DNA from: Patescibacteria group bacterium
GTDB taxonomy: Bacteria; Patescibacteriota; Microgenomatia; UBA1400; MFAQ01
NCBI GenBank assembly: GCA_036391475.1
Contig: DASVZW010000069.1
Span: 1-27,110 of the forward strand
DNA length: 27,110 bases
Reading direction: 5' to 3'
The translations under genes were made by a program, and so were the position numbers. Of this stretch, positions 9,531-17,491 are shown in pieces. Under the pieces are notes generated by a model, which saw only the letters and a program-made list of their open reading frames with translations, did no database searches and was not told where the DNA came from. The number at the start of each line of letters is the position of its first letter. The first letter of the stretch is position 1.

Positions 9531-10781
9531 ATGAAATCAGTAGTTTATTTAAATAAGAACAAAGTTTATTTTGACGGTAGAGCTTTCGATTGGGATAAAA
9601 ACACATTAGGAGATATTTTTTTGTCAATAAAAAAAGACCAAAAACTAAGCGACATAAGGATCGTTTTGGGGAGTGATGTGAGCTATGTAGTCGATTTTAA
9701 GGTTGAAGATGCTTCTAAGGTAAAGAGAGACGAGATATTAAAGATGGCCAGATCTTGGTTACCATTTGTGGTGACCGATGAGTGTTTTGACTGGAAGATG
9801 ATAACGCTGGGAGAAGCAGATGTTTGGATACAAGTTGTAGCACTTGAGCCGGAGTTATTGAACATCATTAGACAGGCAACAGAAAAATCAAATTTGAAAG
9901 TTGAATGGGTAATTCCGGTGGGGATAGTATTGGGATCAGTATCGATCGGCCGAGAGGTTCCGATTTTAATTAAATGGAGAGGTAAAGAAGAACTTTCGGT
10001 ATTGGCTCAGCGGGGGTTAGTAGATTTGGTGACCACCGAAAATAATGACTCAATAAATAATTATGCAAGACAGAAATGGCATCTTGAAGTAAATCCTGAG
10101 GAAATATTGTTAACAGATAGTAACTTTAAGTTTGAGGAGGTAGTGATGTCGGCAAGGGTAAGAGGAAGTGACGCCGACATTTTGGCTATAAGTATAGGGA
10201 ATAACGACAAAGGAGTGGGAGAGTTCGTTCCACCCGGGATTGTGGATCTGGTAGAGAGAGGAGAAAGTGCTGCCAGAGAAATAATGATCATAAAGAAGCC
10301 GAACGAAGGTTCGTTGATAAGACCGGTGTACATAGTGATATTGCTACTCTCATTGATAACTATGTTGGGAGTATTGTTTTGGCAGTATCAATTCCCGACA
10401 AAAATTGTGCCATCGATTCCCGTTTCTCCCAATAGCGTAACCGTTCCGGCAACGACTGATGTTCCGGTAGCGACGGCGGCGGCCGGTCCAATTGATTTCA
10501 CCTTATATAGAGTTCAACTGCAAGATGCGAGTGGTTTAACCGGGGCATTGGTAAACGAGAAGAATATTTTGTTACAAGAAGGCTTTGTGAATATCGATAT
10601 GGCTACTGCCTCAGCTCAACAACCACAAACACTGGTGGCATATAAGGCAGGGACTCCGGCCGAGGTGGTGGCTCTGGTAATAAATTCTTTGAGAAGCTAT
10701 GAAATAAGTAATGTACTTTATCTTGCAAACAATATTCCTTATGATATATCGGTCGTTTTGGGAAGCACGATTAAAAAATAG
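9531..10781 (+). CDS. PilM/GspL-like cytoplasmic domain + single TM + Pro/Thr linker + LytR_C-like extracellular domain
   Basis: N-half IRIVLGSD...LPF...FDW...VQVVAL resembles the PilM-type actin-like fold. TM is VYIVILLLSLITMLGVLFW. C-terminus VQLQDASGLTG...LQEGF...TLVAY...YDISVVLG follows the LytR_C (PF13399) pattern. Confidence 0.6.
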   Translation: MKSVVYLNKNKVYFDGRAFDWDKNTLGDIFLSIKKDQKLSDIRIVLGSDVSYVVDFKVEDASKVKRDEILKMARSWLPFVVTDECFDWKMITLGEADVWIQVVALEPELLNIIRQATEKSNLKVEWVIPVGIVLGSVSIGREVPILIKWRGKEELSVLAQRGLVDLVTTENNDSINNYARQKWHLEVNPEEILLTDSNFKFEEVVMSARVRGSDADILAISIGNNDKGVGEFVPPGIVDLVERGESAAREIMIIKKPNEGSLIRPVYIVILLLSLITMLGVLFWQYQFPTKIVPSIPVSPNSVTVPATTDVPVATAAAGPIDFTLYRVQLQDASGLTGALVNEKNILLQEGFVNIDMATASAQQPQTLVAYKAGTPAEVVALVINSLRSYEISNVLYLANNIPYDISVVLGSTIKK

Positions 10782-10810
10782 TTGCTAAATCTTGCAATTT
10801 TATTTAATAT
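10782..10810 (+). promoter_or_regulatory. sigma70-type promoter for major pilin, likely leaderless
   Basis: TTGCTA(10782-10787), 17 nt, TAATAT(10805-10810), then 6 nt to ATG 10817. Confidence 0.6.
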
Positions 10811-10816
10811 TAATTA

Positions 10817-11293
10817 ATGAAACGAGTAAGAATGACGCAAAAAGGTTTTACGTTGATTGAGTTATTGGTGGTAATTTTGATCATATCGATATTGGCGGTG
10901 ACGGTATTTGTGGCTTTGAATCCGGTGGCAAGGTTTAAGGCAGCGAGAGACAGCAGGAGATGGGTTGATGTTGATAGTATCCTTACCGCTGTTCACGAAT
11001 ACATTGTCGATAACAATGGAACAATTCCCGCAGGTATCACTACTACCGAACAACAACTGGGGACTTCGGCAACCGGCTGTAACAATTCCCCATGCAATGT
11101 GCCTCCGACGGCGGCGGCATGTGTCGATCTTTCGGGACCGTTGGCAGCATATCTTAAAAAAATTCCTACCGATCCACTTTCGGGAACAGCTGCGACTACG
11201 AACTATAAAATAGTTAAAGATGCCAACAACATCATTACTGTGTCGGCTTGTGCTTCAGAAACTGCCGGTGTTCAAGTATCTGTTTCCCGGTAA
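10817..11293 (+). CDS. Probable major type IV pilin (CPR-type)
   Basis: QKG|FTLIELLVVILIISIL, NPVARFKAARDSRR..D...I..AVHEY..DN.G, KKIPTDP, four Cys; has its own promoter. Confidence 0.88.
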   Translation: MKRVRMTQKGFTLIELLVVILIISILAVTVFVALNPVARFKAARDSRRWVDVDSILTAVHEYIVDNNGTIPAGITTTEQQLGTSATGCNNSPCNVPPTAAACVDLSGPLAAYLKKIPTDPLSGTAATTNYKIVKDANNIITVSACASETAGVQVSVSR

Positions 11294-11321
11294 CAAGACT
11301 AAGTTTTTCTCAGCGTTCTTT

Positions 11322-11330
11322 TGATAAAAT
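11322..11330 (+). promoter_or_regulatory. Extended -10 promoter for galU, likely leaderless
   Basis: TG-A-TAAAAT, 7 nt before ATG 11338. Confidence 0.6.
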
Positions 11331-11337
11331 GGGTGTC

Positions 11338-12228
11338 ATGCCAAAAAGAAAAGTCAGGCGCGCAGTTATCACTGCAGCAGGATTAGGAACCCGTTTTCTA
11401 CCTGCAACGAAGAACTTACCCAAGGAAATGCTTCCGATCGTAGATACACCGATCATCCATTATGTGGCTGCCGAGTGTGTGGAGGCGGGAATCGAAGAAA
11501 TAATCTTGGTAATTAGACCAGGTAATGAAGCGGTGATGAACTATTTCACACCAAGTAAGCAGCTTGAAAAAATGCTTAAAGAGGCAGGTAAAGAAAAACA
11601 ACTTGAAAAATATTACGAAGTGGCGGAGAGAGCAAATTTTGTTTTTGTACACCAAAAATCGGGTTTGCCTTATGGTAATGGCAGTCCAATTTTAACTGTA
11701 AAAAGCTTAGTAGAGGATGAACCGTTTGTGGTTTGTTGGGGAGACGATTTGGTGCTAAATTCTGATGGGGTGGGGGGTGTCAAACAGGTGGTAGATTCTT
11801 TCGTATCACATGAAGATGCTTATGGAGTATTAGCCACAACTGTAGTACCGCATGAGGAAATCGTTCGGTATGGAATGGTTGAACTGGAAAATGGTGGAAC
11901 AGAGGGAAGAATTAAAAGAATCGTTGAGAAACCGAAATTAGAGGATGCTACTTCGGATTTGGCTGAGTTTGGAAGAATGGTGCTGTCACCGGAAATATTC
12001 AAGTATTTGGTCGAGACAAATACAGGAAAAGATGGGGAATTGTGGTTGATGGATTCGATCGAAAAATTGCTGGTGAAAAAACCGGTATATGCAAAAACCA
12101 TCCAGGGTGAGTTCTTAACGACAGGTGACCCATTAAGATTTTTGAAAACATCTTTTAAATTCGCTATGCAAAGGCCGGAGCTGGCAGAAGATTTGAAAGA
12201 ATTTTTGAGAAAAGAAATAATTGAGTAA
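11338..12228 (+). CDS. galU: UTP--glucose-1-phosphate uridylyltransferase (start reassigned from 11248 to ATG 11338)
   Basis: RAVITAAGLGTRFLPATKNLPKEMLPIVDTP, GNGSPI, EPFVVCWGDD, IVEKP, GELWLMDSI. The 30 extra N-terminal residues in the ORF track overlap the pilin gene and have no family pattern. Confidence 0.92.
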   Translation: MPKRKVRRAVITAAGLGTRFLPATKNLPKEMLPIVDTPIIHYVAAECVEAGIEEIILVIRPGNEAVMNYFTPSKQLEKMLKEAGKEKQLEKYYEVAERANFVFVHQKSGLPYGNGSPILTVKSLVEDEPFVVCWGDDLVLNSDGVGGVKQVVDSFVSHEDAYGVLATTVVPHEEIVRYGMVELENGGTEGRIKRIVEKPKLEDATSDLAEFGRMVLSPEIFKYLVETNTGKDGELWLMDSIEKLLVKKPVYAKTIQGEFLTTGDPLRFLKTSFKFAMQRPELAEDLKEFLRKEIIE

Positions 12229-12230
12229 CA

Positions 12231-12253
12231 AAAAGCCCGCCATTTAGGCGGGC
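12231..12253 (-). terminator. Intrinsic terminator of orphan unit U1
   Basis: GCCCGCC/GGCGGGC stem (12235-12253) with T-tract on the minus strand. Confidence 0.8.
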
Positions 12254-12259
12254 AAACAA

Positions 12260-12691
12260 TTAACTTTTCCGGAAAATGACATAGATTCCGGGAAGAAGTT
12301 CTGCAATGAATCGGTAAATTTCAATGGCCTTGGCCAATCTGTTGTCAGAATCCAGACCATAAAAACTGACTATTACTTTGAATGTATGATTATTATGGTC
12401 TTGGTCGTAGAAGTTTTCGGCTTTAATTGAGACATAGTATTCATTCTTTTTACCGAATTTTTCTCCGGTGAGTAGTAAGTCATACAGTGGAAGGGAATAA
12501 CGATCGCTTCCAAAAAAGAGAGATGGAGATCCTTCGTTGCGTGCGATGATACGACCACTTTCTTGTAATGATTCACCCAGGAAGACATAAAAATCTTCTT
12601 CGTAGTCATCCATTTTACAAACGATAAGTTTTCTGTTTTCCAAAGACCGGGTGTGAAACTCATGCGAACCGCAAATAGGGCAGATAAACAT
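12260..12691 (-). CDS. Orphan protein with N-terminal putative Zn-ribbon (CPICG...C)
   Basis: 143 aa ORF; SD AAGGAG embedded in the last codons of the upstream ORF; MFICPICGS...IVCK. Confidence 0.65.
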   Translation of the reverse strand: MFICPICGSHEFHTRSLENRKLIVCKMDDYEEDFYVFLGESLQESGRIIARNEGSPSLFFGSDRYSLPLYDLLLTGEKFGKKNEYYVSIKAENFYDQDHNNHTFKVIVSFYGLDSDNRLAKAIEIYRFIAELLPGIYVIFRKS

Positions 12692-12695
12692 CTTA

Positions 12696-13295
12696 TTACT
12701 CCTTTGTGATCTGAAGAAATTGTTTGAGTATCATATTACTTTGGAATATAACAACTTGACGGAAGTTATCTTCAGAGACGGGAATAATCCGGGTTCTGTT
12801 GTGATCATTCTCAAACCAAAGCTCTGGCGAAACGACTTTTTGACAAACAAATAAACCTTCGTGGTTTAACTCAACGAATAAACCGTTAGATAAGTTTTTG
12901 GGAACGTAAGGCGGAACTAAGGGATTCCGGCATGACCAAATTTTACTGAACCACGAAACTCTTACAATGGAGAAGCCTTCCAGTGTACCCGACACCGGGA
13001 TAGTAGCTTCAAGTTTAAAGTTATCCAAAGAAAGTTCCTCAAGCAGTTCGGACAGCGGTTTGGTTTCGGATGACGAACCGTTGAACAATGGCCCGACAAC
13101 TTTACTGTCCCGGATCTCTTTCCAAGTAATGAGACGAGCTAAGACAGCTTTCGGAGCAACGGTCAATATGTCCCGGTGATTGTTAACAATGACCGGCTCG
13201 GGATTGAAATAATCGAGTTTTTGAAGAAAGTCCGCCGTTTCCTCAGCATATCGAGAGATAAGAAGGCTTTTTTGAATCTGGTTTTTAAGACTCAC
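12696..13295 (-). CDS. Orphan soluble protein
   Basis: 199 aa; GTG start preceded by TAGGAGG-AAAA; internal member of a 4-gene unit. Confidence 0.65.
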   Translation of the reverse strand: MSLKNQIQKSLLISRYAEETADFLQKLDYFNPEPVIVNNHRDILTVAPKAVLARLITWKEIRDSKVVGPLFNGSSSETKPLSELLEELSLDNFKLEATIPVSGTLEGFSIVRVSWFSKIWSCRNPLVPPYVPKNLSNGLFVELNHEGLFVCQKVVSPELWFENDHNRTRIIPVSEDNFRQVVIFQSNMILKQFLQITKE

Positions 13296-13303
13296 TTTTC
13301 CTC

Positions 13304-13711
13304 CTAAAACCTAAGATAAGTTATGAAAGGTAGTAAACGCATAACGAGGGTAACAATTATCATCAAGATAAAAGTTAGCCAGCTAAAGACAGTAATGGCT
13401 ACTTTAGGATCGAAGATCTTCTTCTTTTGCCTATCGATAATTGCCTGGCCCACGGACAGAATGATAATAAGCAAACCCGTAACGATAGTAATTAGTTTCC
13501 CCGAAAATATTACGATCACGACAACAGAAAGAAGATTTAGAAGTCCGGCTATTAAAATAATTAAAGCCAGTATCCCGAGGGGTCGGGGAATATCAACCTC
13601 GATATCATCACTTACTTTCCGATAAGGAAGAAAGAACGGGGCGGAAACGGTATAGAGGAAAATAAATATTATCCCCATCGAAATTCCGAAGTAGGAAATG
13701 AAGTTAAGCAT
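13304..13711 (-). CDS. Orphan 4-TM membrane protein
   Basis: Four hydrophobic segments; SD TAGGAGG-CATAA-ATG. Confidence 0.72.
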   Translation of the reverse strand: MLNFISYFGISMGIIFIFLYTVSAPFFLPYRKVSDDIEVDIPRPLGILALIILIAGLLNLLSVVVIVIFSGKLITIVTGLLIIILSVGQAIIDRQKKKIFDPKVAITVFSWLTFILMIIVTLVMRLLPFITYLRF

Positions 13712-13720
13712 TTATGCCTC

Positions 13721-14101
13721 CTAGTGGGTGATGGAAAGGATCAAAAATACGGGGAGTAAGTGGATAATCACCGACAGGGTAAGTCTTGCAAGATAGCTTT
13801 TAATGTTTAGATCCAGAGACAAGAGTTGGCTATCCTTTTTGGAATAATAAATCGCCAGGCCCACATTGATCAGAAAAACCAGAGTGACAAGGCCAATGAT
13901 TGTCGGTTGGGGTGCGATCAACATAAGAAAAAGCATTCCAAGATAGTAAACGGTAATGGCTGCTATGGCGACGAATTGAAGACCTTGCAGCCAAAGAGGG
14001 AGGTTGCCTTGATGAGTTTTAGCTAATAGATGGACAAGGGTACTCAAAAAGAAAAAAGACAAACAGGCGTAAATACATACGAGTGCAATTTGGTCGATCA
14101 T
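13721..14101 (-). CDS. Orphan 4-TM membrane protein
   Basis: Four hydrophobic segments; SD AAGGAG-CCCCC-ATG. Confidence 0.72.
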   Translation of the reverse strand: MIDQIALVCIYACLSFFFLSTLVHLLAKTHQGNLPLWLQGLQFVAIAAITVYYLGMLFLMLIAPQPTIIGLVTLVFLINVGLAIYYSKKDSQLLSLDLNIKSYLARLTLSVIIHLLPVFLILSITH

Positions 14102-14154
14102 GGGGGCTCCTTTGTGGTGGAGAATGTGAAGGTTGGACTTTTTAAGTCTCGGGT

Positions 14155-14183
14155 ATCTTATAGCGCTAAGTTGTGCTTGTCAA
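14155..14183 (-). promoter_or_regulatory. sigma70-type promoter of unit U1
   Basis: Minus strand TTGACA(14183-14178), 17 nt, TAAGAT(14160-14155), then ACCC. Confidence 0.72.
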
Positions 14184-14963
14184 GTTTAATGGTAGCCTTC
14201 CTAGAGCAATCAAACGAGATACAGCCGAAAGAAAATATGAGTCTTCGATTTTGGATAAAAAATGAGGTAGTTCTGAGATCGGGTGAATGGCGATCTTGAA
14301 GCTAATACCCTTAGTCTTTAGGGGAGCGCTCAAGTCGAGATTTTTAGCTTCCGAGCCATCAATAATGGCAGCAAAAAGCGAAGAACGATTATTGGTCATG
14401 CCTATGTCCGGTGTTAGATGGCCTAAATCGATAAATTCCTTAATAATCAGATCATCCAAGCCGAGTTGACGTTTAATCTCTTTTTCTTGGGCGGTCGAAA
14501 GATTGATCAGATGACGGTCTTTGAATTCAATGAAACCGCCAAACGAGTCATAGACTTCGGTGTTTTGAGAGAATTTGGTGATGGTCTTAGTAATGAAATG
14601 AGAAATATGACCATTTTCTTCGACTAACAGAATCCCTTTATAGCCAGGATAAGAGCCAACCTTCCAACTAACATACTCATAAGTAAAGATTTGATTGGTC
14701 TCTTGAGATCTTACTTCAAAAACGGGTACTATAAGATAGTTACCACGTTCCAGCCTAATTAGCCTAAGAAGATCGATATTGTCGAGTTCATCGGGCTTAT
14801 TAGCCAATTCTGTCAAAAAACCGTCGAAGTCTTCAGGAAGAGAAAATAGTGCTTTTTTAAGGCTGGTATCGGTGTTTTTGAACCATTGAAGAAGTTCGAA
14901 TTTATGCCAGAGATCCTGCCTGGAAGACGATAACCGGTCGATGAGTTCTTTAGCTTTTGTCAT
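14166..14963 (-). CDS. Nudix-fold-like protein with degenerate Nudix box
   Basis: YDSFGGFIE...EKEIKRQLGL...IDLGHLTPDIGMTNNRSSLFAAII follows the ADP-ribose pyrophosphatase-type Nudix layout, but the box EE positions read RQ. Confidence 0.5.
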   Translation of the reverse strand: MTKAKELIDRLSSSRQDLWHKFELLQWFKNTDTSLKKALFSLPEDFDGFLTELANKPDELDNIDLLRLIRLERGNYLIVPVFEVRSQETNQIFTYEYVSWKVGSYPGYKGILLVEENGHISHFITKTITKFSQNTEVYDSFGGFIEFKDRHLINLSTAQEKEIKRQLGLDDLIIKEFIDLGHLTPDIGMTNNRSSLFAAIIDGSEAKNLDLSAPLKTKGISFKIAIHPISELPHFLSKIEDSYFLSAVSRLIALGRLPLNLTSTT

Positions 14964-15014
14964 AGGGTTATAGGCTTGAATTATATCAGAGATTCGATAG
15001 TTATGGGATGGTTG

Positions 15015-15023
15015 TGCTATAAT
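15015..15023 (+). promoter_or_regulatory. Extended -10 promoter (TG-C-TATAAT) upstream of the DUF5698 gene
   Basis: Perfect TGnTATAAT; a divergent TATAAT for the Nudix-like gene lies at 14985-14980 on the minus strand. Confidence 0.6.
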
Positions 15024-15123
15024 ATGGGCACAATGGAAAAATTTTCCACTTTACTAGATGAACCTGGGGGTACTGAACCTCCATCGCGTACTCCGGAGCG
15101 AAAAATGAGGCCGGGGTCTGTAT

Positions 15124-15384
15124 ATGTCAAACATTTTTATACAAATATTGCTCTACTTTGGCGTGGGCTTCCTCGAGATGTTTTTGGCCACCCAAAGAAC
15201 CTACTGGATCTCAAAAGGCAGATCACAGGCTGCGGCCCTCTTAGTATTTTTTGAGACTTTCGTGGCTATGTATATCATTTATCAGATCTCTCACGAGATG
15301 GGAAATAATTTCTTCGTTCTCACTTCTTATGCTGCAGGTAATGCGATCGGAACCTATGTAAACCTGGAGAAAGTTCCCTTTTAA
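15124..15384 (+). CDS. Small 3-TM membrane protein, DUF5698 (UPF0316/DUF2179 N-terminal-like)
   Basis: VGFLEMFLAT.R...ISKG....AALLVFFE......I......N.....SYAAGNAIGTY pattern. Confidence 0.72.
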   Translation: MSNIFIQILLYFGVGFLEMFLATQRTYWISKGRSQAAALLVFFETFVAMYIIYQISHEMGNNFFVLTSYAAGNAIGTYVNLEKVPF

Positions 15385-15395
15385 TTTGAACACAG

Positions 15396-15428
15396 AAAAG
15401 GCGCCCCGAGAAGGGCGCCTATTTTTTT
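15396..15428. terminator. Bidirectional intrinsic terminator (U2 and DUF5698)
   Basis: AAAA-AGGCGCCC/GGGCGCCT(15399-15420)-A-T7 between convergent genes. Confidence 0.85.
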
Positions 15429-15429
15429 G

Positions 15430-15867
15430 TCAACCGAGGACAACAATACCTTTAAAAACGTCGGCAAGGAGCAGGATGAGGTGCCAAAGGGCCCAACCGG
15501 CGGCCAGAAGAATGACCCCGCATACAGTAACAAGGACAAGAATACCCCAGAAGTTGCCTAGCCCAAATTCGTCATTACTTTTGTCGGGGCCTGAATAGAC
15601 CGTATAAACAACGGCAATGGTGATTAGGAGCCAAACAAGCGCCCAGAGTGAGTTAAAAAGCGCCGGCCAGAGGCCTGGTCCGGATGCTGCCAGGAGCAGA
15701 TCGAGGATAACGGTAAGCTCAGCGAGAAATTGTAAGGCCATCCCGGTTCTGCCTAGGTAGCTGTTTTGACCACCCAAATAGACACGCATAAGAGTGCCGA
15801 TGACCATAAGCCAAAGAGGGGAAGTCATAACGGCGCCAACAAAAAGGGGACTTTGATAGAAAGGCAT
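15430..15867 (-). CDS. Orphan 4-TM membrane protein (unit U2)
   Basis: Four hydrophobic segments; SD GGAGG-AAAA-ATG. Confidence 0.72.
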   Translation of the reverse strand: MPFYQSPLFVGAVMTSPLWLMVIGTLMRVYLGGQNSYLGRTGMALQFLAELTVILDLLLAASGPGLWPALFNSLWALVWLLITIAVVYTVYSGPDKSNDEFGLGNFWGILVLVTVCGVILLAAGWALWHLILLLADVFKGIVVLG

Positions 15868-15877
15868 TTTTCCTCCA

Positions 15878-15909
15878 GTTAAGGTACTTGAGATATAGGA
15901 ATTATACCA
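15878..15909 (-). promoter_or_regulatory. Extended -10 promoter plus leader motif GTACCTTAAC of unit U2
   Basis: Minus strand TG-G-TATAAT(15909-15901); GTACCTTAAC at 15887-15878. Confidence 0.65.
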
Positions 15910-15995
15910 TAGAGCATTTTATATAAGATATACGGCTAAGAAAACTGGGGATTGTATTTTGAGCTTATTGAAGTATAAAATTAAAAACTGTACTT

Positions 15996-16799
15996 ATGAT
16001 TAGACGCAATGATGATGACCTGAAAATTTTACTAGAAGCTGAGGCAGACGTAGATAAAGTAAAGAGATGGATAGTAGAGATATATTACGGAAGAGATCCT
16101 TTAAACTTTCACCTGACCGGAGATGTTTTTGATTGGTGGGTCGAGGAAGTACTTCAAAATTATCAGAAAGCAAAGAACCAAAAAATCAGGAAATTAATCC
16201 TGCACAAAGTTTTGCATACAAAGGAAGTGGTGGAAGCCGGACTTGATATTGTAGTTAGAACGGGAGAGATAGACTGGGACCCTTTTGTGGTGTGTACGGT
16301 TTGCTTGTTGCACGATATTGGTAGATTCCCACAGGCATTGCTAGGTAGTTATTCCGATAAAGAGACTAATTTTGACCATGCCAAAGAAGGAGCAAAAATG
16401 ATCGATAATAAAAATTTGCCTGAAATGGAAATGATGGGTATCGATAAAAATCTAGTGGTAGAGGCGGTGGAGGCTCATAGTGCAATTAGCTACACAGGAA
16501 ATAATATTTATCCAAAACTGACCAGAGATTCAGACAAACTCGCACTATTACGTTACATGCCATATCTAATGGACGATGAACGGTTCCCGAAGATAAAGGT
16601 TAACGAAAAGGCACTAGCCGCATATAAGGAGGGAAGAATGGTCGAACACAAGGATATGTTAAGCAGAGCAGATGTATGTTTGGCATGGCTTTGTTGGCAA
16701 AATGATTTTAACTTTGAGGCAACAAGAATGGCGTTTTTGGAGGAAGGAATAAAGGACTGGGTAAAGTCGGAGCTTTATAAAGAAGGTGTGGAGATATAA
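15996..16799 (+). CDS. HD-domain phosphohydrolase
   Basis: KVLHT (H), CLLHDIGRF (HD), FDHAKEG, AHS, RDSDKL (D). Confidence 0.85.
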   Translation: MIRRNDDDLKILLEAEADVDKVKRWIVEIYYGRDPLNFHLTGDVFDWWVEEVLQNYQKAKNQKIRKLILHKVLHTKEVVEAGLDIVVRTGEIDWDPFVVCTVCLLHDIGRFPQALLGSYSDKETNFDHAKEGAKMIDNKNLPEMEMMGIDKNLVVEAVEAHSAISYTGNNIYPKLTRDSDKLALLRYMPYLMDDERFPKIKVNEKALAAYKEGRMVEHKDMLSRADVCLAWLCWQNDFNFEATRMAFLEEGIKDWVKSELYKEGVEI

Positions 16800-17401
16800 A
16801 TTTTTAGGGCATCACCAAGTTTTGATGAAGGACCATGTCCGGGGTAAATGGTGGTTTCCGGAGGAAGCTTGCCGATAATTTTAAGAGAGTGGAGCAGCTC
16901 TATTTTGCTTGAATAAGAGTGACTGGTGTCGGTTAGCTCTTCGGCAAATAGGGTGTCTCCAGTTAATAGTATTTCATCTGATCTTAGACAAATCGACCCT
17001 GGAGTGTGACCGGGTGTATGAATAGTATTAATGATCGAATTGCCCAATTTAAATGAATGCCGATCCTCCAAATTGTGGTCGATGGGAGGGTTGGGCAAGT
17101 GTTGACCGGGAACAAAGTGGTCAGCACTTTGTTTGGAATTTTTATAAAGAAAAAGATCTTTTTGATTTAAATAAATGGGAAGATGAAAATTTAATTTTAG
17201 TTCAAGCACACCAAGACAATGATCGAAGTGCCCGTGGGTTAGAGCGATTGCCTGGGGTTTAAGGTGATGTTCAATAATCGTTTGGGAGATGAAGTCGGAC
17301 TCGTCTCCGGGATCGACGATCAGGGTTTCGTTACTTACCTCGTCAATTAGTAGATAACAATTGGTAAGCTGAGAGCCAACAGGTAAGGTAATAATTTCCA
17401 T
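16775..17401 (-). CDS. Metallo-beta-lactamase-fold hydrolase (glyoxalase II/YcbL-like)
   Basis: TNCYL, VDPG, THGHFDH, HTPGHT, GDTLF, YPGHG; TG-A-TAAAAT lies 9 nt upstream of the ATG. Confidence 0.9.
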   Translation of the reverse strand: MEIITLPVGSQLTNCYLLIDEVSNETLIVDPGDESDFISQTIIEHHLKPQAIALTHGHFDHCLGVLELKLNFHLPIYLNQKDLFLYKNSKQSADHFVPGQHLPNPPIDHNLEDRHSFKLGNSIINTIHTPGHTPGSICLRSDEILLTGDTLFAEELTDTSHSYSSKIELLHSLKIIGKLPPETTIYPGHGPSSKLGDALKIYISTPSL

Positions 17402-17438
17402 GGATAAGAAATTTTATCAAAATAAATTTGTAAGATTA

Positions 17439-17467
17439 TTGACAATCTAGGCACGGATAACTATTAT
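17439..17467 (+). promoter_or_regulatory. sigma70-type promoter
   Basis: TTGACA(17439-17444), 17 nt, TATTAT(17462-17467). Confidence 0.68.
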
Positions 17468-17491
17468 GGAATTATTACCATTACTTGAGAT

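Noticed and set aside
11248-11337. 30-aa N-terminal extension of GalU in the ORF track
   Set aside because: It overlaps the pilin 3' end, has no family pattern, and contains the -10 box pointing to ATG 11338.
111-12101. Many antisense ORFs (e.g. 111-449, 2316-2660, 2901-3266, 3985-4299, 6156-6461, 10061-10333, 11820-12101)
   Set aside because: They lie fully opposite well-supported genes, have S/F/I/L-rich shadow composition and show no motifs or start signals.
14976-15254. 92-aa + strand ORF from a TTG start
   Set aside because: It spans two divergent promoters and overlaps the better-supported DUF5698 gene. It is kept only as a possible uORF from 15033.
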